Below are positions 48,913 to 58,335 of a stretch of DNA of 64,000 bases, one piece after another. A program made the position numbers and the translations under genes. The stretch lies in IMG/VR virus record IMGVR_UViG_2061766007_000959; one strand, 5' to 3'. The number at the start of each line of letters is the position of its first letter. Positions within the stretch are counted from its first letter, which is position 1. The notes below the pieces were generated by a model. The model was not told the DNA's origin, ran no database searches, and was given only the letters and a program-made list of their open reading frames with translations. This DNA is from a virus (Duplodnaviria; Caudoviricetes).

Positions 48913-50568
48913 ATGAAACGAGTTAAGGATAATAACAACGGACGTAAATGTCTATATTTCGTTGATGAAGATGCGAATGCGGAATTGACACGCAGGTTGT
49001 TGAATGGTATATCACATTCATTAAAAGACGATTCTACGATTGTTGATTGGGTTGTCGGGGAAATGAAAAAGAACCATTGTGAGAATTTTGTTGGTGATTG
49101 GGATGACGAGCCGACAACAAGCATGATGAGTAAGGATTCCGAAGACGGAAGATACACAATGTATTGGAACAGTTACGGTGAAATCGAGATTTGGGGTAAT
49201 GAAAACATTTCCGATTCACGTAAAAACAATAAGGATATGAAACAAATTAAAGATGGTTTATCTTATACAAAACTTTCATTAGAATTGTATTTGGAAAAAC
49301 AGATTGGCAAATGGGATATAAACCAAGTTTTTGATTATCTGGCTGACAGGGGATTTAAGATAGTTGGGGGTGCAAAACCAAGTCAATCATTGGCTCAAAA
49401 AGAAACTATGCTTAATATGTCTGATGGGGATATTTTAGTTGAAATGAAATTTGAGCCGTTTAGAAGTAATACAAAAAAACTAAAAGGTGTTTGGGTACAC
49501 GAAGGCATTTCCGATTCCCTTAAAATCAAAGACGAAAACACCCCCGACGTACTTGACGGTGTTTTGTTTATCGCGTTCACGGACGGTACAGAGGACGACA
49601 TGATTGCCGAGGTGAACAAACACGCGAACGAAAGTGACACAATCGACGGGGTTCAGTATGAAACATACGAAACCGACAGTTCGGATGGTGTCGCCATGAT
49701 TGACATGTGCGCCGCGACGGGTGACGCGAACGGGTTTGTGAAGGCGTTGTTGAATAAATGGGGTATCGCCGAAAACGTCGCCGACCTTGAATTTGAAGCG
49801 TCGGACGAAATGAAGGAGGCGGTCAACGATTCTAAAGTCAGTGATATGACGAAACCCGTACATTTGCGCGGTTACGCCGAAAAAATGCGTGCGAAACGCC
49901 GCAACAAAAACGCTGACGACGAACCGAACACCGACGATGAAAAACCGAATGTTTCGGATTCGGCGGTTGCCCATTATTATGTTAGATACAACCAAGACCC
50001 GTACAAATTGGCGAAACGGATAAAGGAACGCGGCACAGTTCCAAATTATTCAAGACATTCACGCCTGCACGAAGACGATGTGGCTGATTACACTGTCTTC
50101 CACGTTTTTAACGATGGTGATTACAAATACAACGACTTTATGAATAAATATGGTGTTAACGATTCAAAAACAATCAAAAATAATAAAACTATGAAACGAG
50201 TAAAAGATGATGCGAGTGACACTATTCTTCACTTTCACAAAGGACGTGGCGGTAGATTTTATAACGCAGGTCATTTGACTTATGAGGGTGTTTACGATAA
50301 GGGGTTGGCAGATTTTGCTTTTACGCATGGCGCAACAGAGTACGATGGTTATTTGATTGACGAAGCAGGTAATTATCTTGGTGATGCAAGGGCAGATGAT
50401 AATGTTGGTATTCTTGATTGGGATGGCGATTACGACACTGATTATTTTGTTTATTTATCGGAAGTAGAATTTGACGACCGTTGGTACAATGCAATAATAA
50501 GTGCCATTGAAAAAGGCAACTATGTCGAACGCGAAGTTGAAGAATATATCAACAGTTTAGAATATTGA
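48913..50568 (+). CDS. Polyprotein / polyvalent-type protein with repeated (I/V)xD linkers
   Basis: MKRVKD start; internal MKQIKD and MKRVKD; C-terminal FHKGRGGRFYNAGH domain. Confidence 0.75.
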   Translation: MKRVKDNNNGRKCLYFVDEDANAELTRRLLNGISHSLKDDSTIVDWVVGEMKKNHCENFVGDWDDEPTTSMMSKDSEDGRYTMYWNSYGEIEIWGNENISDSRKNNKDMKQIKDGLSYTKLSLELYLEKQIGKWDINQVFDYLADRGFKIVGGAKPSQSLAQKETMLNMSDGDILVEMKFEPFRSNTKKLKGVWVHEGISDSLKIKDENTPDVLDGVLFIAFTDGTEDDMIAEVNKHANESDTIDGVQYETYETDSSDGVAMIDMCAATGDANGFVKALLNKWGIAENVADLEFEASDEMKEAVNDSKVSDMTKPVHLRGYAEKMRAKRRNKNADDEPNTDDEKPNVSDSAVAHYYVRYNQDPYKLAKRIKERGTVPNYSRHSRLHEDDVADYTVFHVFNDGDYKYNDFMNKYGVNDSKTIKNNKTMKRVKDDASDTILHFHKGRGGRFYNAGHLTYEGVYDKGLADFAFTHGATEYDGYLIDEAGNYLGDARADDNVGILDWDGDYDTDYFVYLSEVEFDDRWYNAIISAIEKGNYVEREVEEYINSLEY

Positions 50569-50598
50569 TTCATATTACGATTAAGTGTTAGTTTAGGG

Positions 50599-50640
50599 GA
50601 CACGGGGGGACAATCAAAAATGTTTCCCCGTGTTTTTTTT
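50599..50640 (+). terminator. Intrinsic terminator
   Basis: acacggggga...ttccccgtgt followed by a long T run. Confidence 0.7.
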
Positions 50641-50699
50641 GTTTGTTTGTAATAAAAAGATTATTATATTTGCACCCGAACGATTAAAACGATACGGAT

Positions 50700-51575
50700 A
50701 TGAAAAAATTGAATTTGAAACGGTTAACGCGAATGAGTGACAGCAAATGTATAAGGGTAAAACAATTTGCCAAATGGATTATGGATAACGATTTGAATAA
50801 GCCCGAAAGACGGATTATGATGTACGGAAACCATTTCAAAGAGTTTTATGATTCATTACCCCAAAAGGTTCAGGAAAAATATAAATACAAATTCAAACAA
50901 ATAAAGAATACCCCGACATTTGTTCCAAAAAGTGTTTTTAAAGAAGTAGAGGGTCACGACGGTCTATATGAAATAAAATTTAAATACAACGGTATTGCGT
51001 ATCGTACTTTTACAACATTCGATAAGGGTAACATTATTGTTCTTTATAACAGTATAATTAAAAAGAAACAAAAAACACCGCATAATTCATTAGAGAATGC
51101 GGACAAACTTGTAAAGGAATACGGCGGCGACCAATCAAAACTTACCGAATTTGAAATAGACGATAGTGCCGACAGTGCCGTGGAAATGGCGGTTCGCGTT
51201 TACGAGGATTATCTTAACGGAATCGGTGATGTCACTGAAATAGATTTTATTGATTTTGTTGATGATTCAGTAAACTTTGATAACTCGGAATGGTATTCAA
51301 AATTTACAAAAAATGTTCTTTATATTGAAACTGAACGTTATTATTTGGACGACGAGTTGATTTGGTGTGGATTATATGTTTGGAGTGGTTCGGAACAAAC
51401 CGCCAAGAGAAAATCGGAAATTTCGGAAACTGAACAAGAAGACGGGTTTACCATAAAAACAAACAAGGCGGAATATTATTCAAACGATGAAGGTGATATT
51501 GACAGATGGATTAGGAATTTTGTTTCCGATATGAACAAACAAGATGTTGAATGCCATATAGAATATCTGTATTAA
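50700..51575 (+). CDS. RelE/HigB (Gp49-like) toxin domain fused to an acidic C-terminal domain
   Basis: FKEFYDSLP..VQEK, GLYEIK, YRTF, IIVLYNSIIKKKQKTP..LENA; leader ends RMSDS. Confidence 0.72.
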   Translation: MKKLNLKRLTRMSDSKCIRVKQFAKWIMDNDLNKPERRIMMYGNHFKEFYDSLPQKVQEKYKYKFKQIKNTPTFVPKSVFKEVEGHDGLYEIKFKYNGIAYRTFTTFDKGNIIVLYNSIIKKKQKTPHNSLENADKLVKEYGGDQSKLTEFEIDDSADSAVEMAVRVYEDYLNGIGDVTEIDFIDFVDDSVNFDNSEWYSKFTKNVLYIETERYYLDDELIWCGLYVWSGSEQTAKRKSEISETEQEDGFTIKTNKAEYYSNDEGDIDRWIRNFVSDMNKQDVECHIEYLY

Positions 51576-51681
51576 AAACGATGACAGCAATAAGTGTCCC
51601 TGACAGAGACGTTCTGCACCGTCCTGACCGACGAGGCGAAACGTGGCGCGACAATCAGTTTCATCCCGAAAAAATTGAACC

Positions 51682-52116
51682 ATGACATACACGATATACA
51701 CAGACGGTGGTTATTCCAACAAGAACAATGTCGGGGCGTTCGCCTACGTGATGTTGGACAGTGGCGGGAACGAGGTGCGCCGTGGCGCGTGGAAAATAGA
51801 AAACGAAACGAACAACCGCGCGGAATTGAAGGCGATAATAACCGCGATATACCATTTGCCCGAAACGAACGCGTCGGTCACGGTGAACACCGATTCCATG
51901 TACGCGTTGAACACCCTGTCAGGCAAATGGTCACGCAACGCGAATACCGACCTGTTTGAAACATGGGAACGGGTGTTGGCGCAGAAACGACCCGTGATTG
52001 ATTTCCAATGGGTCAAGGGACACAACGGGAATCCGTACAACGAATTGTGCGACGCGATGTGCAATACCGCCGCAGGAATGGATTTGAACAAAGAATTTGA
52101 AAAATACAAAAAATGA
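51682..52116 (+). CDS. rnhA: Ribonuclease HI
   Basis: YTDGG, TNNRAELKA, TDSMY, WVKGHNGNPYNELCD. Confidence 0.92.
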   Translation: MTYTIYTDGGYSNKNNVGAFAYVMLDSGGNEVRRGAWKIENETNNRAELKAIITAIYHLPETNASVTVNTDSMYALNTLSGKWSRNANTDLFETWERVLAQKRPVIDFQWVKGHNGNPYNELCDAMCNTAAGMDLNKEFEKYKK

Positions 52117-52361
52117 ACGAACTGATGAGAGATTTGACCAAACAAATCGAACGAATACAATCGGTCATCGACAACGAAAACGGTGTTTACAACTACTCCG
52201 AAGAAACGGTTGACAAATTACGGGACGCGATACGAAGTGTCGTCATTACCCAAACGTACCTGAAACAGGTTGACAAACTGTTGGGTGACGACATCGGGGA
52301 AGACGATTTCGTGGAAAATTTGATTTCCAATTTGAAAGATATTGTGTATATTTGTGATTGA
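52113..52361 (+). CDS. Hypothetical protein
   Basis: ATGA overlap. Confidence 0.6.
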   Translation: MNELMRDLTKQIERIQSVIDNENGVYNYSEETVDKLRDAIRSVVITQTYLKQVDKLLGDDIGEDDFVENLISNLKDIVYICD

Positions 52362-52381
52362 TAATTTTTAAAATTACAGAT

Positions 52382-52714
52382 ATGAAGAACATAAATTTCA
52401 AACGGTTGATGGATTCACGTCGTGTAAAAGATAGCGACGAACCGAATGTTGATGAGAAAAAAACGAATGTTTCGGATTCGCGTCGGATAAGTGATGGTTT
52501 GGATTACAAACCGTTTGCCGTATTCGAGGACGATGCGGTTGTTGCCGAATTTGACAACGAAGATGAAGCAATTGATTTTGCGATAAACTATGACGGTAAA
52601 CATTCGCATGACACCGTTATTGAGGTCGTTTATTGTGATATGACGGGTGTTTGCGAGGATATTATTTGGAGTTCATTATGGGAAGATGAACGAGACAGTT
52701 ACGGTGTTCTATAA
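52382..52714 (+). CDS. Small protein with a long xxD-motif propeptide-like leader
   Basis: RLMDS RRVKDS NVSDS RRISDG followed by an acidic domain. Confidence 0.7.
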   Translation: MKNINFKRLMDSRRVKDSDEPNVDEKKTNVSDSRRISDGLDYKPFAVFEDDAVVAEFDNEDEAIDFAINYDGKHSHDTVIEVVYCDMTGVCEDIIWSSLWEDERDSYGVL

Positions 52715-52773
52715 TCAAATCGGATTCGGGTTAAATATTTCAGTGGATGAACAATAAAAAAAACATTACGACT

Positions 52774-53346
52774 ATGAATTTCAAACAACAATTAAAAATC
52801 AAGGACATGGCTTCGAGTAGATTATCGGGCATAAAAGCGCGTGCGGCACGCCGTGATGCGGAATTAGAAAGTCAAGCACGTCAGAAACAAGAAAGCGCAC
52901 AGGCGTTTGAAAAATATTTGGATGGAATGAAAACCACATTATTGCCGCTTATTTTTGATACATGGGAAACAATACAAGATTTACTTGAAAACGGGTTTGA
53001 AAAAGAAGTTAACGAGGAACTTTCAACGTTGTTCGGGATATATGGAATCCAAAGTAACGGTGACGAATCAGGTGCGGAGTATATGAATTATGTAACTTGG
53101 TTGGATGAGGGGGGTAGTGGTTTTATGGTTGGTTTGTGGTTGCCACATCCAAGTGAACAGGTTGATTACGCAATATGTATTGGTGATGATATAGATTGGT
53201 ATAGTCAAGACACCGAAGAATCGTACAAATCATTTATGGATGTTGCGGTGGATTTTCAACCCGAAATAAAAGAATTGTTAAATCAATACATTAAATATTT
53301 TAAGGAATTTTTGAATTGGGTAGATACAGAATTTCCAAACGAATAA
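52774..53346 (+). CDS. Acidic protein with KIKD leader
   Basis: MNFKQQLKIKD. Confidence 0.65.
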   Translation: MNFKQQLKIKDMASSRLSGIKARAARRDAELESQARQKQESAQAFEKYLDGMKTTLLPLIFDTWETIQDLLENGFEKEVNEELSTLFGIYGIQSNGDESGAEYMNYVTWLDEGGSGFMVGLWLPHPSEQVDYAICIGDDIDWYSQDTEESYKSFMDVAVDFQPEIKELLNQYIKYFKEFLNWVDTEFPNE

Positions 53347-53486
53347 TCGGGAAACCGAGCCGACGGGGTTGCCAAACCCCGTTTGTGTTCACATCCACAG
53401 TTGGAAGGTGATTCGGGGGACGGGCAACATCGATTTGCACCGTTCCCCGCGTTTTTGTATATTTGCATCAACAAAACACAACAACA

Positions 53487-55241
53487 ATGGCGAAAGAAAA
53501 CATAATCGACGTTCTTGACGAGGTGTTGAATAACGTGAATCTTGTATCATTCAAGGAATTTGTCACGTCCCCGAATTTTTGCAACAACCAAGACCTTTAC
53601 CAATATTGGATAAACAAAGGCATGTCGATTGACCCCCTGACATCCGAAATAATATTGGATGGTAGCATCGGCGGCGGAAAGACCACGTTTTCCAACTATT
53701 ATTTCGCGTACCGTGTTTATAGGTTGTTCGCGTCGGGTTCGCCACAGGCGCAATTGCACCTCGCCCTTAACACCGAGATATATTGTTTGTATTTTTCGGT
53801 GTCCCTCGATATGGCGAAAAAATCGGGATTCCTACAATTGCGCAACATATTCGACGAATGCGTGTGGTTCAATGAAAATTTCCCCATCGACAAAGGGTTG
53901 AAATCATCGATTTCGTTTCCGAACAAATTTCACATCGATTTCGCGTCAACGGAATCACACCAAATCGGACTGTCAATTTGGGGTTTCATCCTCGACGAGG
54001 CGAACTTCCGTTCGGGCGGTGTCGGTACGGGTATGGCGGAAGAATATCAAGAGGTCACATTGTTGTACAATCAGTTGATGGACAGGCTTGTGTCCCGTTT
54101 TTCAAATCCCGACGGTTCTGTCAACGCGCTTGCGATTCTAATATCGTCCGCGTCGTATCAATCGTCATTCGTTGAGAAACGAAAACAGGCGGTCAAGGGC
54201 GACAAATGGACGACGTGTATCACATCGGTGTCATACGAGGTCAAACCCGAACGTTACGCCACGGAAAAGTTCGAGGTGTTCATCGGTTCGGGTTCTGCCG
54301 AGCCGTGCATAATCGAATCCGACGCACAACGAACACGTTTGTTTGAAGCAATCGGGGTTTTGGGTACGGGTGAGGAAGACAAGTTCATTCGGTTCGTCCC
54401 CGTCAACCTGTTAAAGAATTTCAAGGCGAACATCGCATTGGCGTTGCAAAACCATTGCGGCGTGCCGACGATGGTTCAGGGGTCGTTCATGTCGAACCTG
54501 AAATACCTTTACGAAAGTTACATAAATCCGATGGATTATGTGCCGATATTCACAACGGATAATATCGAAGCGTCCACGGACAATGATACGCAAATAATTG
54601 AATATTTGATACCTGGCGGTATAAAATTCCCCGACCGTCCGCATTCGATATACCTTGACCTTTCGACAGCGGGCGACCGTGGTTGTATAACATGTTTCCG
54701 ATACGACGGGCGCAATGAAAAGAATCTTGACGTACACACACGGGTTTTCTGTTTGAAAATCATTCCGCCGCATTATCCCGCCGCGACAAAAATCAGCAAA
54801 GTTCAACAGTTTATCGTTGATATATCACAGGTAGTGAATCTTGTGTCGTTTGCGTCCGACCAATACCAATCGGAATCGTTGCGTCAGGAAATATTGGATA
54901 TATTGGGGTTGGAAAACATACGAATATCACTCGACTCCACGGATAGACCGTATTTGCATTGGCAACGCGGATTGGTCGAGGGGCGCATACGGCAAACCGC
55001 CGACCCGTTGTTGGAACAGGAGGTACAAGAAGCGGTGCATGATTTCAAACGCCACCGTGTCGTCAAGGCGAAGAACTCGTCCGATGACGTTCTGCAATCC
55101 AATGTCGGCGCGTTTTTCCTTTCGGACACATACGGCAAGACAGGCGGTTCAATCGCGGATTTGTATGACGGGTCAAATCGAATGAATCTTATCGGTGGAA
55201 AATCAATCGAACGTGTTTTACGTGAATTGGCGTATCAATAA
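53487..55241 (+). CDS. terL: Terminase large subunit
   Basis: Walker A GSIGGGKT, Walker B FILDE, motif III ISSA, nuclease YLDLS..GD and DDVLQS. Confidence 0.85.
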   Translation: MAKENIIDVLDEVLNNVNLVSFKEFVTSPNFCNNQDLYQYWINKGMSIDPLTSEIILDGSIGGGKTTFSNYYFAYRVYRLFASGSPQAQLHLALNTEIYCLYFSVSLDMAKKSGFLQLRNIFDECVWFNENFPIDKGLKSSISFPNKFHIDFASTESHQIGLSIWGFILDEANFRSGGVGTGMAEEYQEVTLLYNQLMDRLVSRFSNPDGSVNALAILISSASYQSSFVEKRKQAVKGDKWTTCITSVSYEVKPERYATEKFEVFIGSGSAEPCIIESDAQRTRLFEAIGVLGTGEEDKFIRFVPVNLLKNFKANIALALQNHCGVPTMVQGSFMSNLKYLYESYINPMDYVPIFTTDNIEASTDNDTQIIEYLIPGGIKFPDRPHSIYLDLSTAGDRGCITCFRYDGRNEKNLDVHTRVFCLKIIPPHYPAATKISKVQQFIVDISQVVNLVSFASDQYQSESLRQEILDILGLENIRISLDSTDRPYLHWQRGLVEGRIRQTADPLLEQEVQEAVHDFKRHRVVKAKNSSDDVLQSNVGAFFLSDTYGKTGGSIADLYDGSNRMNLIGGKSIERVLRELAYQ

Positions 55242-55284
55242 TTTTTATATATTTGCGGTATTGTATAATTAAAACATAACAACA

Positions 55285-55764
55285 ATGGCAAATTACACGG
55301 CTAAAGATTTGCGCAACATCACCAAGGACGAACTTGTTGAGTTGCTGAAAAAAGAAGGAATCGAGTTTGACCCGACAACATCGTTCTTCGCATTACGCGC
55401 GTTACTATTGAACGGAACAAAAAACAACGATTCCGAAAACAGTGAAACCGAAAACAACGAATCGGAAAATAGTGAAACCCCGAATCCTGACGTTGAAAAC
55501 AACGAATCGGGTATGTCCGACAACGGAAACACTGAAAACAACGATTCCGAAAACAAAGACGTTGAATCGGAAAACAAACCAAAAACCGTAACCAACGCTT
55601 TAAACGCCCTGCGTATGGAAGTTGTCAAACGTCGTGGCGGTGTCGGTTTAGGTAAATCGGCGTTTGCCGCCGAACTTGCCAAACGTCGTGGCGAACGTGT
55701 GACACCGATAACATTCGCACAGGAACTGAAAAGCCGACAGTTGAAATACAAGGGGGGTAAATAA
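55285..55764 (+). CDS. Small protein with HeH/LEM-like N-terminus, NNESEN repeats and basic tail
   Basis: TKDELVELLKKEGIEF; lies between terL and the portal. Confidence 0.6.
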   Translation: MANYTAKDLRNITKDELVELLKKEGIEFDPTTSFFALRALLLNGTKNNDSENSETENNESENSETPNPDVENNESGMSDNGNTENNDSENKDVESENKPKTVTNALNALRMEVVKRRGGVGLGKSAFAAELAKRRGERVTPITFAQELKSRQLKYKGGK

Positions 55765-55766
55765 CA

Positions 55767-57329
55767 ATGGTAAGTGAAAACGGGTTTTTCAGCACAATAA
55801 AAGCCGTGTTGGGAATTCCGACGGGCGTGTCATGGCGTAAGGGTTACGGTCAGTCGTCAACTTCCACCAATGGCGGCGCGTCGGATAATGACCTTTCACA
55901 GAATCCGTATGCGGAAGCAATTTGCGACATCACCGCCGACGACGTGTGCCGTGGCGAAACACCCGTTTCGTACAATTACGAATTGCCCGAGGGAATAACC
56001 GAATTGCCTGTGGCGGAACAAACAATACTTGATTCTTACAAAGATGAATTGAACGGTATTGTGCGTTGGGTGTCTAAAGACCTTCAACTTGTCGGGGTAT
56101 CAGTTTTTGACGCGGCGTTTGACAAAAAAACATGTAAGATATGTTTATTGCCCAATCTAAAAAACCTGAAATTCTACCTAACAAAGACAAAACAGGTCGT
56201 GGCGTATGACATGTCCGAAGCACACAAGGAAAAACAAAACCTCGAAGACGTTATAATTTTCATCAATTACGAGAAAAATTCATTATTGGAAATCCCCGAG
56301 GATAATAAGGATTTGACGGATGACATCGTGTTCGAGATTACCCCGACCCCGATGCAGTTCAAAAACGCAAAATCCACACTGGACACGCTTAACCTGATTG
56401 AGAACGCGTTGAAACGTTACCGTGTGCAATTGTCGCGCATCGTGCGTTATGCGACCGTTGACATCGGTTTGTCGAATGGTGACACACAGAAAGACGCTGT
56501 TGAAACAATCGGCGCGGCACTTAACACCGATTCGATGAGCCTGACGGGTACAAACAACGAAGAGTTCAATGACAACATTCCTATTATCGCGACCCGTAAC
56601 GGAAAGGGTGAACCCGTAATGCACCTTGATGTTCCACAGGGCGACATAAAGGAATTGCCCGACCTGAAATACCATCTTGACAAATTGAACCTAATTACCC
56701 GATTCCCCGCCACGTACATGGATTTTTCACAAGCGATGGGTAGTACGGCGGCATCGATGATTCGTTCCGATTTGCGGTATGCCAAATTGTGTAATTCGAT
56801 ACGAACGCTGATTGAAAAGACAATTAACGAGTTTGTATTACGGACACAATCATTAGAAAAATACAATGTGGTATTCAGTTTGATTCAGTTGCCAACATCG
56901 GAGGATGACGACGTACTACAGGCAATGTCGAACTATACGGATGTTGTCGGGGAAATCGAAAGTCTTGTGATGGGTGATGACCCCGAGGAAAAAATCGAAC
57001 AGAAAATCCACCGATTGAAATCACTGTTGGGATTGGTCAACGCGTCCATCAAGTCACCCGTGATACAGGATTGGTATAACGATTTTCTTGATTACTTGGA
57101 AGAATTGCGTCAGGAACGCGATGGTGGCGAACCGACCGAGGGTGACGAAGGCGGCGGCGGATTAGGCGGCGGACTTGGCGGCGGACTTGGCGGCGATGAA
57201 GGCGGCGGCGAAGATTTAGGCGGTGGCGGCGGATTGTCCGATTTGGGCGAACCCGATTTCACGGATGAGGATTTGGGCGGCGGCGGTGGCGCACCCGAAA
57301 TCGAAACGTTTGAACCACAAACCGAATAA
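55767..57329 (+). CDS. Probable portal protein
   Basis: 520 aa directly after terL; ELPDLKY..KL, RSDLRYAK motif and Gly/acidic tail resemble T4-type portals. Confidence 0.68.
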   Translation: MVSENGFFSTIKAVLGIPTGVSWRKGYGQSSTSTNGGASDNDLSQNPYAEAICDITADDVCRGETPVSYNYELPEGITELPVAEQTILDSYKDELNGIVRWVSKDLQLVGVSVFDAAFDKKTCKICLLPNLKNLKFYLTKTKQVVAYDMSEAHKEKQNLEDVIIFINYEKNSLLEIPEDNKDLTDDIVFEITPTPMQFKNAKSTLDTLNLIENALKRYRVQLSRIVRYATVDIGLSNGDTQKDAVETIGAALNTDSMSLTGTNNEEFNDNIPIIATRNGKGEPVMHLDVPQGDIKELPDLKYHLDKLNLITRFPATYMDFSQAMGSTAASMIRSDLRYAKLCNSIRTLIEKTINEFVLRTQSLEKYNVVFSLIQLPTSEDDDVLQAMSNYTDVVGEIESLVMGDDPEEKIEQKIHRLKSLLGLVNASIKSPVIQDWYNDFLDYLEELRQERDGGEPTEGDEGGGGLGGGLGGGLGGDEGGGEDLGGGGGLSDLGEPDFTDEDLGGGGGAPEIETFEPQTE

Positions 57330-57460
57330 TTATGAAATCACTTTTGTTGTTGTTATTGTGATACAAACCCGAAAGGGTTTACGGATTACGGACGGATATA
57401 GGGGTGTCCCCTGTGCCGTCCGTGGTTCGGTTTTTAAAACACAGACAAAAATCGAATAGT

Positions 57461-57673
57461 ATGGATGGAAACACACTTGACAAGTATTATATTTCCGCCG
57501 TCAAATTACAGGAACGCGGTACGCGAATAGTCCATTCGCTCGAAAAGGACAACGGTGTCCGCGACTACGAGGATATTGACAACGAAATTGAACGCACGTT
57601 GTGTATAAAGATACAGTCGATACAGGGTTCTATTGACGATTTAATCAAGTACATGGATAACAATGATTTATAA
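57461..57673 (+). CDS. Hypothetical protein
   Basis: ATG at 57461 after a hairpin. Confidence 0.5.
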   Translation: MDGNTLDKYYISAVKLQERGTRIVHSLEKDNGVRDYEDIDNEIERTLCIKIQSIQGSIDDLIKYMDNNDL

Positions 57674-57696
57674 ACAACAATAAAAACAACAACGAA

Positions 57697-58275
57697 ATGA
57701 GCGACTTTACAATGGGTTTGGCGCAGATAATGTCAGGCGAGACGACCCGAACCAAACCTGAACCGAACAAATCGGTCAAACTTTACACGTTAATCAAGGA
57801 TTACGCGCAACGTAAGTACAACGCGGACGACGACACCGTGACGTGGTTGTACATCGGTACGAAGCATGCGGCTGAAATAACCGACAACGGGGCGTTAATC
57901 GCCTATGTTGACGGGAAACTGAAACCGAAACAACCCGAACCGACGGCAGAAACGGTCAGCGACGACAAAAACACGCAACCTACGGACGAACCCACGGAAC
58001 AACCCGAACCCACGGAACAACCCGAACCTACGGAATCGGGACAACCGACGGAATATGTGCGCCCCGAACAAATCGAATTTAATTTCGGACAAAACGACGA
58101 CATAATGGAAATCCGCGAAAACATATTGAACGCGGATGTCGTGCGGTACAAAAACAAAATCCGAATCACCGTCACCGAACCCGACCGCGATTTGGAATTG
58201 GCGTATAAAATGAAACAATTAGGGTACAAATACAACACAAAACGCGGACTTTCGTACTTTTTTGTGAAAATTTGA
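57697..58275 (+). CDS. Protein with PTEQPE repeat linker
   Basis: Tandem 18-nt repeats near 57985-58035. Confidence 0.65.
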   Translation: MSDFTMGLAQIMSGETTRTKPEPNKSVKLYTLIKDYAQRKYNADDDTVTWLYIGTKHAAEITDNGALIAYVDGKLKPKQPEPTAETVSDDKNTQPTDEPTEQPEPTEQPEPTESGQPTEYVRPEQIEFNFGQNDDIMEIRENILNADVVRYKNKIRITVTEPDRDLELAYKMKQLGYKYNTKRGLSYFFVKI

Positions 58276-58335
58276 AAAAATACGTATATTTGTGAAACGA
58301 AAATATTAGATGTTTAATTAAACAAATTTTGCATT

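Noticed and set aside
55285-55764. Terminase small subunit
   Set aside because: Position is suggestive, but there is no recognisable TerS motif; left as a HeH-like protein
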